Positions 7,355-15,803 of a stretch of DNA of 20,000 nucleotides are shown here, in pieces. The DNA lies in IMG/VR virus record IMGVR_UViG_3300025922_000012. One strand, 5' to 3'. A model generated the notes under the pieces. The model had not been told where the DNA came from. It worked only from the letters and a program-made list of their open reading frames with translations, and searched no databases. This DNA is from an uncultured virus (IMG/VR IMGVR_UViG_3300025922_000012) (lineage: Duplodnaviria; Heunggongvirae; Uroviricota; Caudoviricetes). The position numbers and the translations under genes are program-made. Numbering within the stretch: position 1 is the first letter of the stretch; each line of letters opens with the position of its first letter.

Positions 7355-7765
7355 TCAACTGACGTACTCGCGCTCAATCGTTCCGTCTTTCCGAAAGAGC
7401 GTGAACTTGATCCGCTTCGTCGCATCCAAGGCCGGTTCGCCGGTCAAGGGATCCGTCAACTTCAAACGGTAGCCGCCTCTGGCATCACTCAGCGCGTGCT
7501 CCCAAGCGGACATCAGCAGGCAATTTGTAGGGTCCATAGACCGTGAGGGCTCAGACCCTCTGCTTTGCACGTGGCAGACTTCGCCTCTCAGCACGTCAAT
7601 CGCATGGCCCCGTTGCAGGATTGATCCACTGGCACGGCTCCGGCCTCCGTCTCGTTCCCAGATGCGATCCCGCAAGGCTCTGCGGCGTGCATGTTCTCTA
7701 GCCCGTTTCTCTTTTTTGGAGAGCCCCGTGCGCTTGGGGTGGGCTAACTGCTGCGTGTCCATCAC
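7355..7765 (-). CDS. HNH-like endonuclease lacking the Zn-binding cysteines
   Basis: RDRIWERDGGRSRASG...EVCHVQSRG...DPTNCLLMSAWEH follows the HNH layout. Confidence 0.6.
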   Translation of the reverse strand: MMDTQQLAHPKRTGLSKKEKRAREHARRRALRDRIWERDGGRSRASGSILQRGHAIDVLRGEVCHVQSRGSEPSRSMDPTNCLLMSAWEHALSDARGGYRLKLTDPLTGEPALDATKRIKFTLFRKDGTIEREYVS

Positions 7766-8406
7766 GCGCCGAGTTCCGCCAGCGCGTAGTCACGAGCGCG
7801 ATTCAAGTGCGCCATCTCAATATCGGATCCGCCGAGATCGGGATGATGCTTTTTGGCGGATTGCTTGTAGGCCGCATCAACTTGATCGGCGGAGGGATTG
7901 CTGTCAGCGCCGAACCCAAAGACTGCCCGCCAGTTGGCAGCGGTATCGGCAGGGAGCGCCTTGTAGCCCGACAACGCCTGCTCAATGGTCCCCACCCCGT
8001 ACCGTTCGATCCGTCGCAAGGCGTCAATGTGCGCGGCCAACGCGGCGATGTTATCGGCCACCCTGACGTAGCGGTCGCAGGCTAATACCGTTGCCTTCCC
8101 ACGGAACCGGAAGTAGACGGCGGCTCCAGGATCGGACGGATCCTCCAAGCGTGAATCTGGACGCCCATCCAATCGGAGACGGACGTTCGTTGAGAGCGTG
8201 GCTCCTTCGCCACCGATCAGTTCGATCTGTCGTTCCAATCGCTCCGTGGATTCGTTACCTGAGACAGCCTTCTGGCGTTTCAGATCCCCGATCTTGACCG
8301 TCTTGGTAAAGGATGCGCTCCGCTCACGCTTATTTGGTGGTGTGCGCTTCCAACCCAACGGCCATTCCAAAGGCCATCGGCTGACGGCTTCAGGCGCAGG
8401 ATTCAT
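7762..8406 (-). CDS. Phage J-domain (DnaJ-like) protein
   Basis: N-terminal WPLEWPLGWKRT, central DPGAAVYF...LACDRY..VADN, and C-terminal AYKQSAKKHHPDLGGS with the HPD motif. ATG 8406 overlaps the upstream TGA. Confidence 0.8.
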   Translation of the reverse strand: MNPAPEAVSRWPLEWPLGWKRTPPNKRERSASFTKTVKIGDLKRQKAVSGNESTERLERQIELIGGEGATLSTNVRLRLDGRPDSRLEDPSDPGAAVYFRFRGKATVLACDRYVRVADNIAALAAHIDALRRIERYGVGTIEQALSGYKALPADTAANWRAVFGFGADSNPSADQVDAAYKQSAKKHHPDLGGSDIEMAHLNRARDYALAELGA

Positions 8407-8531
8407 GACAACCCCCACGCGCTCACGCCGACGATGAGAAGGCAGAGCATCGGATGCGCTTCGGCAAATCCGGCGAGCACGCTGATCAGGGACACGACGG
8501 CGGCGAGGATACCGATGGCTTCGCGGATCAT
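8403..8531 (-). CDS. Small membrane protein (42 aa, two hydrophobic segments)
   Basis: Not in the ORF track. MIREAIGILAAVVSLISVLAGFAEAHPMLCLLIVGVSAWGLS; GGGAG RBS; ATGA overlap downstream. Confidence 0.6.
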   Translation of the reverse strand: MIREAIGILAAVVSLISVLAGFAEAHPMLCLLIVGVSAWGLS

Positions 8532-8533
8532 CG

Positions 8534-8821
8534 CTACTCCCACCCGTATTCGTCACTCACTGATTCCATCAGGAGCGTCAGTGTCGGTTCGGTAATCACG
8601 GCGACCGGTGCTCCATATACCCAGACTTGCTCGTGGAAAGCGTCCTCGCTGAACCACACCAGCCCGTTGAAGTTCCATCCGGCGTGGCGTCCCCAGCCTC
8701 CCTCGCGGAGATGCTGTTCAAATCCTTCCTCGATCTCATGGTCGCAGTTCGACATGCCGGTTTCGCCGGGCCAGACGCGCTCAGGGAGAAAGTCGGGCAC
8801 TACTGCTGTTTGTGATGTCAT
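8534..8821 (-). CDS. Hypothetical protein (95 aa)
   Basis: ATGA overlap with the Rad50-like gene; acidic and aromatic composition. Confidence 0.65.
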   Translation of the reverse strand: MTSQTAVVPDFLPERVWPGETGMSNCDHEIEEGFEQHLREGGWGRHAGWNFNGLVWFSEDAFHEQVWVYGAPVAVITEPTLTLLMESVSDEYGWE

Positions 8822-10632
8822 GCGACACTCCGCTCGCTGATGTTGGATCCCTTGTCATCGGCGAGACGACTGAGACGGTACGCGATCACACCCGGCATCT
8901 TCGGCAACGCCTGATTCGGCTCTCTCGTTCCGAGAATGAGGATCTGATCCAGTGGAGCCTTCAGCAACATGCTGGTGACGGCCTGCCGGTTGTCATGGGA
9001 AAGCATGTCGATTTCATCCACGATGGCGAAGTTGAGCCCCGACATCATAGCGATCCCCATCTGTAATGCAATCCCGATCCGATACCGTTCCGAGCGGCTG
9101 TAGGTTTCGACCGGGCGACCGTTGGCGAATGTCATCCACGGATCCACCGAGAACGTGATCGTCCAACCGAACGGCTGCACGTAGGGATTCACCGCCGCCT
9201 CGAACTTCCCCATCGCCTCGGCGAGCGCCTGGACGCGGATCCCGTTCGGCCCCAACTGTTCGACCAAACTTTCTAAGCGATCCACTTCGGCTTTCTGGAT
9301 CTGCTGCCGCTTGACCGCATCGTCGTACGTTTCGACGGCGTGCCAGTAGATCCGCGCGTTCTTCAACAGTTCCTCGCCTTTGCCGATCCGAATCTGAAGC
9401 GTGGCGATCTCGGCATCCTGCGTAGCCGTTTGCGGGAGCGCGTCAAGTTCTTGACGGATCTCCTCCGCCCGCTGTTCAGCCAGATCCCGACCCTTGATCA
9501 GCATTTGCCGATTGTGTTGGTGGATCTCTAATCCGTGGATCTGATTCCGAATCGTCGTCAGGGGGCTCTCTGTGACCGTCTGGGCCGACTTCTCCGGCTT
9601 GGGGTCCAGAGCCTTCAGCTCCGCCACCATCTCCGCTAGTCGGTCGCTGAACGCCTTGGCTGGCGTTTTACACGGGATCCCCGGATCGAACACGCACTTG
9701 TTCGAGGGCTCGTAATTCTGGAGCTGTTGGACCTTTGGCCGCAGGTAGGCCAGTTGGGCGACGGCATCCCCCTTTTTTGGAGCCTCCCCATGCTGTATCG
9801 GTACCACGGCCGCTTCCAGACTCGCCAGTTTGGCTTGGAGGCCGTCGATTTGTCCGGAGAGGTCTTCCCCCACCGCCTGATTCAAGACGGCCTGTAGCCG
9901 CTCCTGTTCCCCCTGAAGGCTCTGCCGGCGACCGCTGACGGATCCGACCACCTTCTGCAAGGCTCCGAGATCCATCCGCAATTTGCCCAACTGATCCTCG
10001 ATTGCCTGGATCGTCGGCATCTGCCCTTGGGGTTTGTCCGGTACGACGCAGGACGCCAGTACCTTCTTGGCGGCTTTCCGATCCTCGAAGGCTTGCTTGT
10101 AGTGCATGTCCAGTTCGTCAAGGGTGTAGGTGATGATCCGCTCCGAATGTTCAGCGGTCAACGGTTCACGGATCTCGAACTGCACCCCGAGCAGGGACAG
10201 CACCATCGCCTTGGCTTCGACGTGATTCAGATCAAGGAACGCCTCGGTCGAAAGTACCGCCCGTAGGAACTCCGGCGTGGTGTTCAACTTGTTGTAGAGG
10301 GCTTGTTGCTGGATCTGACCCGTGCCGGTCATGCCCTGCACGGAAAAGGATCCGCCGCCCTTCTCCGCATAGGCGCGACTCACTTTTCCGATCCCTTCGA
10401 TCGTCACGGCGGCTTCGGCGATCTTGCCGCCTTCAGGGATCAGAACCTCAGCACCCGCCCCCCGCGCATCCGTGAGGCTAGAGCAGCCGGTTAAAACCCA
10501 CGTGATCGCTTCCGCCACCGAGGTCTTGCCGGATCCGTTCAATCCAGCGAATAAGAGCCGGGGTGCGTCCAAGGGCACGGTAGTACCACGGAAGCTCCGG
10601 AAGTTCGTCAGATCCAAGTGTGTTAGTTTCAT
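8818..10632 (-). CDS. Rad50/SbcC (SMC-like) coiled-coil ATPase
   Basis: AAGGAG RBS. LTNFRSF, Walker A GLNGSGKTS, long coiled coils around a central Cys pair (CVFDPGIPC), signature-like YSRSE, Walker B AIVDEID. Confidence 0.85.
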   Translation of the reverse strand: MKLTHLDLTNFRSFRGTTVPLDAPRLLFAGLNGSGKTSVAEAITWVLTGCSSLTDARGAGAEVLIPEGGKIAEAAVTIEGIGKVSRAYAEKGGGSFSVQGMTGTGQIQQQALYNKLNTTPEFLRAVLSTEAFLDLNHVEAKAMVLSLLGVQFEIREPLTAEHSERIITYTLDELDMHYKQAFEDRKAAKKVLASCVVPDKPQGQMPTIQAIEDQLGKLRMDLGALQKVVGSVSGRRQSLQGEQERLQAVLNQAVGEDLSGQIDGLQAKLASLEAAVVPIQHGEAPKKGDAVAQLAYLRPKVQQLQNYEPSNKCVFDPGIPCKTPAKAFSDRLAEMVAELKALDPKPEKSAQTVTESPLTTIRNQIHGLEIHQHNRQMLIKGRDLAEQRAEEIRQELDALPQTATQDAEIATLQIRIGKGEELLKNARIYWHAVETYDDAVKRQQIQKAEVDRLESLVEQLGPNGIRVQALAEAMGKFEAAVNPYVQPFGWTITFSVDPWMTFANGRPVETYSRSERYRIGIALQMGIAMMSGLNFAIVDEIDMLSHDNRQAVTSMLLKAPLDQILILGTREPNQALPKMPGVIAYRLSRLADDKGSNISERSVA

Positions 10633-10762
10633 CGGACTCCTTCAGCGTCCAGCCCGTCGATCGGCATCCACAATCCGGGCAGGACAAATAGATTTCGGTG
10701 TCGGCGAAGACCGGCATCGCCGCTGCGTGTCGGTAGAGCAACGCGCAGATCCACGGGTTCAA
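10478..10762 (-). CDS. Small CxxC (Zn-ribbon-like) hypothetical protein
   Basis: 4-nt overlap with the upstream gene; LSCPDCGCRSTGW; the last 155 nt overlap the Rad50-like gene. Confidence 0.45.
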   Translation of the reverse strand: MNPWICALLYRHAAAMPVFADTEIYLSCPDCGCRSTGWTLKESDETNTLGSDELPELPWYYRALGRTPALIRWIERIRQDLGGGSDHVGFNRLL

Positions 10763-11016
10763 TGCGTCACCTCGTCAATCGGTGTGGTGTCACGGCCTTC
10801 CAGATACAGCGAGACGAGTTGTTCGATCCAGTCGGCGGCCAGTTCATCGCCCATTTCATCTAACAAGCAATTCACGAAGACGCCGACTGCGCCGATCCAC
10901 GCGATCTCTACGCCTTGCTCGTCAAACTCGGACTTCCACTGCCGGAGGGCATCTGCGAGGAGTTGCTTTGCCCGTTCGTGGGGTACTTCGAGACGTGGAG
11001 GCAACTTGCCGTTCAT
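10759..11016 (-). CDS. Hypothetical protein (85 aa, helical)
   Basis: ATGA coupling; protein-like composition. Confidence 0.65.
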   Translation of the reverse strand: MNGKLPPRLEVPHERAKQLLADALRQWKSEFDEQGVEIAWIGAVGVFVNCLLDEMGDELAADWIEQLVSLYLEGRDTTPIDEVTH

Positions 11017-11366
11017 TTCAAACCGGCCCTATCCCGCCACGCGCGGATCTTCATCCCAGACGTGGGATTGATCGCGCCGTCGCGTTCGGCTTCGTCTGGC
11101 CGATTCCACATCCACAGGATCGAATCAAAAGCGTTCGTGAGATCCGCCGCGAGGATGTTCAGGGCCGTGAGATGTCCCCGACCGTCACGGAGTTCTTCCG
11201 CAGGGATCGGCACGAAGCAATAGATCCCGGCATCAGATCCGACGAAGGCCGTCACCAGTAACCCCGGCATCCCATCTCGTTCCGCTTGGGCGATGGAGAG
11301 CTTCGACAATTCCATCGTCCACGGCTTTTCTTGCTCGTCTGGAACGGGTGGTATTTCGTAGGTCAT
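11013..11366 (-). CDS. Hypothetical protein (117 aa)
   Basis: GGGAG RBS; overlap-coupled at both ends. Confidence 0.65.
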   Translation of the reverse strand: MTYEIPPVPDEQEKPWTMELSKLSIAQAERDGMPGLLVTAFVGSDAGIYCFVPIPAEELRDGRGHLTALNILAADLTNAFDSILWMWNRPDEAERDGAINPTSGMKIRAWRDRAGLK

Positions 11367-11407
11367 TTCATCTCCCGCATACAGGCGTAGATTTCGGCGA
11401 GGTTCAT
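11363..11407 (-). CDS. 14-aa minigene MNLAEIYACMREMK
   Basis: ATGA overlaps at both ends exactly bridge the HNH gene and the 117-aa gene. Confidence 0.4.
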   Translation of the reverse strand: MNLAEIYACMREMK

Positions 11408-11955
11408 GGGAGCACCCTGTAGCCAGATACTTTAGCGCCGCGCTTCCTTAGGATTAGGCGCTTCGCAGCGCGATCTCTTGCGCGTCGGCACGTCAGGCAC
11501 ACGCGCATGGGCTTAGATTGTCTCATCTGAACTCCAAGATTTGCTCCTGAAAGCGGATGCCCACGCTTGCAGTGCGTTGGATTTCGATGGCCTATTGGAC
11601 GCCCTTTTCGTAATCCATCAGCGATGTTGTCTGCACATGTTCCTAAGAATAAATGGTCAGGGCGCACGCAGATCGGGTTGTCGCAGTGATGGCATACGAA
11701 GAGGCCGTCTGGAATGGGGCCGTTATGAAGTTCCCACGACACTCTATGAGCCCGCAGTGGCGGATCAGATCCACCTGGGGCTCCAAGCAGCCCGTACGGA
11801 AACGCCTCGTCGTGAACCGCTCCGGTCCAAAGCCAACACGCCTCAGTTTTGTTAACTTTTGCCCAGAAGCGCACCGAAAGCGGCGTGCGCTTATGTAGGC
11901 GAGGCCCGCGTTTCTTTCCGGGTATTCTCGGATAAACACCCTTAGGCATCTTCAT
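11404..11955 (-). CDS. Free-standing HNH homing endonuclease (HNH_3 type)
   Basis: RFWAKV..TEACWLWTG..YG..RAHRVSW..HNGPIP.GL.VCHHCDNP.CVRPDHLFLGT..DN, followed by THCKRGH..CLTC. Visibly more AT-rich and GATC-poor than the flanks. Confidence 0.9.
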   Translation of the reverse strand: MKMPKGVYPRIPGKKRGPRLHKRTPLSVRFWAKVNKTEACWLWTGAVHDEAFPYGLLGAPGGSDPPLRAHRVSWELHNGPIPDGLFVCHHCDNPICVRPDHLFLGTCADNIADGLRKGRPIGHRNPTHCKRGHPLSGANLGVQMRQSKPMRVCLTCRRARDRAAKRLILRKRGAKVSGYRVLP

Positions 11956-13066
11956 CCTCTTCCCCGGCTTTTTTGGCTGTAAACCTGTAGGACTCCTTCG
12001 TTTGCTGAAATGGAATCAGGTCATCTTGGACTTTTGGGTACGCCTTGAACATCTTGGCAAGGCTGGACTGCGAGAGCGTGAGCCCGAAGTTGTCGTTGCC
12101 GAGCGCGGCAGAGTCCTTATCCACGCCGTTCTTCCGCATCGCATCTCGGACCGCATCTACCGGATAGATCCGCGACACGACCGGCCGGTTATCCCAGACC
12201 ACCCCGCCGATGTCACAGGGACCATAGACCGCGCAGCCTTCCTTCATCAACTTCTTCAACTCTCGGATCTTCTTCTCGGCCGGGAGCAACCACGCCCCGA
12301 GCTTCATCCACTGTTCCGGCGTCAACCGCTTCGGCATGACGAGTTGGTTGTCTGCGACGGGACAGGCCAAGGTACAAAATCGGCAGCTTGGCCCTGGTAT
12401 CGCCGGCCATTCCCCGGTCGCCTTGGCGTGTTCGATCGTCGCAATCGCCGCTGCGATCTCCACGTCCACCGAATCCAATTCCTCCGGCGTGTAACTGACC
12501 GTCACGCGCTTGTTGAAGCGGATCGCGTAGAGCGTGAAGTAATACCGGCTGAAGTTCGGGAATCGATCCCGTGCGTACCGGCTGTACACCCGCGCCTGAA
12601 AGTTCCCCTTGAGTTCGTCTTCGGTCAGGGGCGGATGCCATCCGGATTTGTCGTCTACGATCTCCAACCCGTTGCCCTGACACGTCTGCACAAGATCCGG
12701 CGTCCAGCGAACCCGATCGTTCGTCCCATGCACTTCGGCGGCAATGAACCGTTCCGGATCAAACTCAAATCGCTCTGCGTGGAAGTTCCACACCTGTTGC
12801 AGTTCTGGCAGCAACCGTGGGGGGCATGCCGACAGCGCCGCCCCTTCGATGAACGCAGCCTTGGCTTCTTCCGCATCCTGCGTCAGTTGTCCGGCGACCA
12901 GTCGCTCAAGGTAGCAATGCTTGATCTGGGCGAAGGCTTGCCCAAAGAGAGCCAGATCGCTGGAGTCATCCGCGAGATCGATCCAGATACTGCGGTACCT
13001 GTGCAAGCACCCGTCCGAGATCGCCTCCAGTTCGGAGCGTCGATAGACCGTGAGTTCCTGAGTCAT
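11942..13066 (-). CDS. PD-(D/E)XK nuclease, Cas4/RecB-like (probable partner exonuclease of RecT)
   Basis: Early Cys (GCLHRY), TPDLV, IVDDKSG, QARVY and CRFCTLACP; start at 13066 by ATGA overlap. Confidence 0.8.
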   Translation of the reverse strand: MTQELTVYRRSELEAISDGCLHRYRSIWIDLADDSSDLALFGQAFAQIKHCYLERLVAGQLTQDAEEAKAAFIEGAALSACPPRLLPELQQVWNFHAERFEFDPERFIAAEVHGTNDRVRWTPDLVQTCQGNGLEIVDDKSGWHPPLTEDELKGNFQARVYSRYARDRFPNFSRYYFTLYAIRFNKRVTVSYTPEELDSVDVEIAAAIATIEHAKATGEWPAIPGPSCRFCTLACPVADNQLVMPKRLTPEQWMKLGAWLLPAEKKIRELKKLMKEGCAVYGPCDIGGVVWDNRPVVSRIYPVDAVRDAMRKNGVDKDSAALGNDNFGLTLSQSSLAKMFKAYPKVQDDLIPFQQTKESYRFTAKKAGEEDEDA

Positions 13067-13284
13067 GGCTTGACCCACGCGCCGACAGGAGCAGTCCTGA
13101 CCAGATTTCTTCCTGTACCAGCGTTCCTATGTGCGTGGTTCCAATCAATATCGATCACGATATTCTTCTCTGTGATCTTACGAACCGTGCCTGACAAATA
13201 CAGATCCTCAGGACGGCCGTCCCGCAGGGACTTTCGTAGTACGTAGAACACGCGATCTCCGACTGCGAACGTATCGCCGGTCAA
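13063..13284 (-). CDS. Hypothetical protein (73 aa, possible SH3-like barrel)
   Basis: Fills the gap with 4-nt overlaps at both ends; FAVGDRVFY...GTVRKITEKNIVIDID. Confidence 0.55.
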   Translation of the reverse strand: MTGDTFAVGDRVFYVLRKSLRDGRPEDLYLSGTVRKITEKNIVIDIDWNHAHRNAGTGRNLVRTAPVGAWVKP

Positions 13285-14312
13285 AACAGCGCATCCTCTG
13301 TCGTCTGCGCGACGGCAGGCTTGACCACTTCAGCCGGTTCCACCTTCTCCGGTTCGTTCCGATCCTTCCCCGTCCCAATGGATCCGTCGTTCGTCGCCCG
13401 CTCAATCGGCGTCTCTGGAGCCTTCTCGTCTTTCTTCTTGCCGTTGCTATCCTTCTTGACGCGGGCCTGACCTGTTTTCCGTTTTGCGTATTCGTCCTTC
13501 AGCCAATCCAGCAACAGCGCCGCCTGATCCTCCGGCACGATCCCGTCGCCGCCGAAGTACTCGTTGATCTTCGCCAGCCGTGCGCCTGGTGCGAAGTTCA
13601 TCACCCCGAAGGCTTTTTCGATGTTGTCGCGGATCCCTTCCGGCAACTGATCGAACACGGTGACGGACTTCGGCTGTTCAGTGACGACCGCCGCGCCTTC
13701 GGATTGCCCGCTTCCGACGTGGATCGGTTCGGCAGGATAGTCCTGCGCCTCTTCGGCGAGGACGAGCCCCATCAGCATGTCGGACGCCGCATCGCGGAGC
13801 GCGAACCCACGGGCGCGCATCTGGAGCATCCGCTTCGGGTACGTCACCCACGGAGTTTCGCCGCCGTTGTGGCCGCGCTTGTCCCAGAGCTTTGCCTTCT
13901 TGGCATCGGCGATGGAAAACTCGCGGCGTATTTCGTCCGGCCAGCCCTTGCGCTTGATGATGCACACCGCCGTGTAGGTGTCTTCGGGGAACGTCCCCTC
14001 GAATGTTTCATGGAACCGCTCCACGACGCCAGAACTCTGCACCAGCGCGGCGGCAGCATCGCCCCAGATGGACGGCCGACCGTTGATGACCGCGATGTTC
14101 TGAAGGGCCTGCATCGGCTTCAGCCCCAGATCCCCGCCCATCTGAATGGCGACAAGGATCATGTCCGGCTTGCCGATGTAATCCTTTGGAGCCAATCCGG
14201 AGTTGGCGATGATCGTGGCGATCTCTCTGGCTTCCCCGAGCGACTGTGGCATCAGGGAAAAACTGCGGGGAGCCTGCCGTTGAAGGCCCTGCTCCTTGTT
14301 TGTGTCACTCAT
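13281..14312 (-). CDS. recT: RecT-like single-strand annealing recombinase
   Basis: SGLAPKDY.GKP..ILVAIQMG..LGLKPMQALQNIAVINGRPSIWGD...FSIADAKKAKLW.K....PW..YPKRMLQMRARGFALRD is typical of the phage RecT family. Confidence 0.85.
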   Translation of the reverse strand: MSDTNKEQGLQRQAPRSFSLMPQSLGEAREIATIIANSGLAPKDYIGKPDMILVAIQMGGDLGLKPMQALQNIAVINGRPSIWGDAAAALVQSSGVVERFHETFEGTFPEDTYTAVCIIKRKGWPDEIRREFSIADAKKAKLWDKRGHNGGETPWVTYPKRMLQMRARGFALRDAASDMLMGLVLAEEAQDYPAEPIHVGSGQSEGAAVVTEQPKSVTVFDQLPEGIRDNIEKAFGVMNFAPGARLAKINEYFGGDGIVPEDQAALLLDWLKDEYAKRKTGQARVKKDSNGKKKDEKAPETPIERATNDGSIGTGKDRNEPEKVEPAEVVKPAVAQTTEDALF

Positions 14313-14512
14313 GCTTCAACCTTTCGTTCATCGACGCTGACGATGGTGGCAACGCCTGTCAGCGGATGCACCAATACTTCCAAGCGGACTTCACAACACG
14401 CGAAGAGGAACAGATCCAACGCCTGACCAGACAAGCCGATCTTCGTGCCGATCTCGTACATCTGTTCCTTGCTGGAATGGAGGTAGACGACGGCTTTCAC
14501 TGGATCCATCAC
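14309..14512 (-). CDS. Hypothetical protein (67 aa)
   Basis: Overlap-coupled on both sides. Confidence 0.6.
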   Translation of the reverse strand: MMDPVKAVVYLHSSKEQMYEIGTKIGLSGQALDLFLFACCEVRLEVLVHPLTGVATIVSVDERKVEA

Positions 14513-14595
14513 AGCACCCCATACAGAACGATAAGTAAGCCCACGACGATCCCGATCGAGGCTCCGGCGATCAGCGTGAGCAGAATCTTGGTCAT
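14509..14595 (-). CDS. Single-pass membrane peptide (28 aa)
   Basis: Not in the ORF track. MTKILLTLIAGASIGIVVGLLIVLYGVL fills the gap exactly. Confidence 0.55.
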   Translation of the reverse strand: MTKILLTLIAGASIGIVVGLLIVLYGVL

Positions 14596-14596
14596 G

Positions 14597-14809
14597 TCAC
14601 CGCACCTTCAAAATGATGCCGTCAGGCGTCTCGTAGACCTTGACGACTTGGAGCACGAGGGTTCCAACCTTGGTGTCCTGTTCGACGCGCGCCAGCCGCC
14701 ACCGCTTCATCATCTCCATGCTGTAGTCGCGCCGCTCGCGCTCGAAGAACTTGAGGATCCGTTCGTCGGCGGAGATTTGACGCTTGAGGATCTTGGTCAT
14801 CTTCGCCAT
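14597..14809 (-). CDS. Hypothetical protein (70 aa)
   Basis: TGATG coupling with the upstream gene. Confidence 0.6.
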   Translation of the reverse strand: MAKMTKILKRQISADERILKFFERERRDYSMEMMKRWRLARVEQDTKVGTLVLQVVKVYETPDGIILKVR

Positions 14810-15456
14810 CAGAAAAGACTCGTATGAACGACGGCCGTTTCTGGGGTCTGTCCCATCCGATCCGGGCAGTCAGCCACTTGGACCGGACAGAACCGGCACG
14901 CTGATTCGCTTGGTGACGCATCCGGGCGCGGGATCGATCCCAACTTCTTCAACAGTTCAAAGAGCCGTGGGCGAAGCGCCAGCGCATCATCTGGTTTCAA
15001 CAGCACCGAATGATCGGCGTAGATCACCTCTCCATCGAATTGCATGTGCGGACTTTCCCACGACATCGGAATGGCGATCATTTCCACGAGCACCTGAATG
15101 AGATCGCTGTCCCTTGGGCTTCCCGATTTCACGTCACAGATCCGAGGGCGCTTGTCGGTCTGTTGGATGATCAGATCCGACTTGCCGGTGATGATCGCCG
15201 TCTGTCCTTGCACTCGGAAGTACCGCTCAACCGAACACTTCCAACCATCAGCGCGGAACTTCTCCACGGCATCAGCAAGCTGCGCCGAATGATTCGCCCG
15301 CCACACGGACATGGACGCCTGATCCGCTGCGCCCTTCGCTAACTTGAAGTAGCCCTGCATCCATGTGCTTAGAACGCATGGCTGATCCCCGGAGAGAGCC
15401 TTAGCGAGACTCGTTACCCAGAACTCAGGCAGACCCTTACGTGGAGTCGTTACCAT
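14809..15456 (-). CDS. Second PD-(D/E)XK nuclease, Cas4-like
   Basis: Early Cys (QPC), VE..F...ITGKSDLII, ICDVKSG, and C-terminal CRFCPVQVADCP. Confidence 0.75.
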   Translation of the reverse strand: MVTTPRKGLPEFWVTSLAKALSGDQPCVLSTWMQGYFKLAKGAADQASMSVWRANHSAQLADAVEKFRADGWKCSVERYFRVQGQTAIITGKSDLIIQQTDKRPRICDVKSGSPRDSDLIQVLVEMIAIPMSWESPHMQFDGEVIYADHSVLLKPDDALALRPRLFELLKKLGSIPRPDASPSESACRFCPVQVADCPDRMGQTPETAVVHTSLF

Positions 15457-15457
15457 T

Positions 15458-15802
15458 CTATCGACCCTGCGCCCTGATGAACGACGTGGCCGACCGGAAG
15501 ACCGGAGCGGCCATGTTCAGTTTCGTGCGGTCGTACATCCCAATCCGTTCGCAGATCCGCATCATCTGATGTGGCCGTCCCATGTGCTCCAGCATGATCA
15601 ACGCCCCAGCGCAGTGTTGCGCGTTCGGCGTATTCGCATGACCGTTTCCATCGTCGTCAGTATCGGCGTAGTCCACGGTGGCGTGACACTGGAATTGTGC
15701 GCCGCTATCCACGATCTCGCGTGCCCGAGCCTTCCGCAGAAACGGTCGAATATCCGTCCTGAACGGACACTTCGGACACGGGTTCGTCATCTCGTACTTC
15801 AC
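15458..15802 (-). CDS. Cys-rich metal-binding phage protein
   Basis: GAGG RBS and GTG 15802; PCPKCPFR...FQCH...QHCAGAL. Confidence 0.65.
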   Translation of the reverse strand: MKYEMTNPCPKCPFRTDIRPFLRKARAREIVDSGAQFQCHATVDYADTDDDGNGHANTPNAQHCAGALIMLEHMGRPHQMMRICERIGMYDRTKLNMAAPVFRSATSFIRAQGR

Positions 15803-15803
15803 G

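Noticed and set aside
220..10632. Wadjet (JetABCD) system made of the TOPRIM and SMC-like genes
   Set aside because: The genes are far apart on opposite strands, there is no JetA/JetB, and the ATPase is Rad50-sized.
12002..13246. 414-aa plus-strand ORF
   Set aside because: Antisense shadow of the Cas4-like gene; Arg/Pro/His-rich, with no motifs or RBS.
13704..14827. Plus-strand ORFs of 240 and 193 aa (likewise 16648-17394 and 2633-3298)
   Set aside because: Antisense shadows of well-supported minus-strand genes, as expected in GC-rich DNA.
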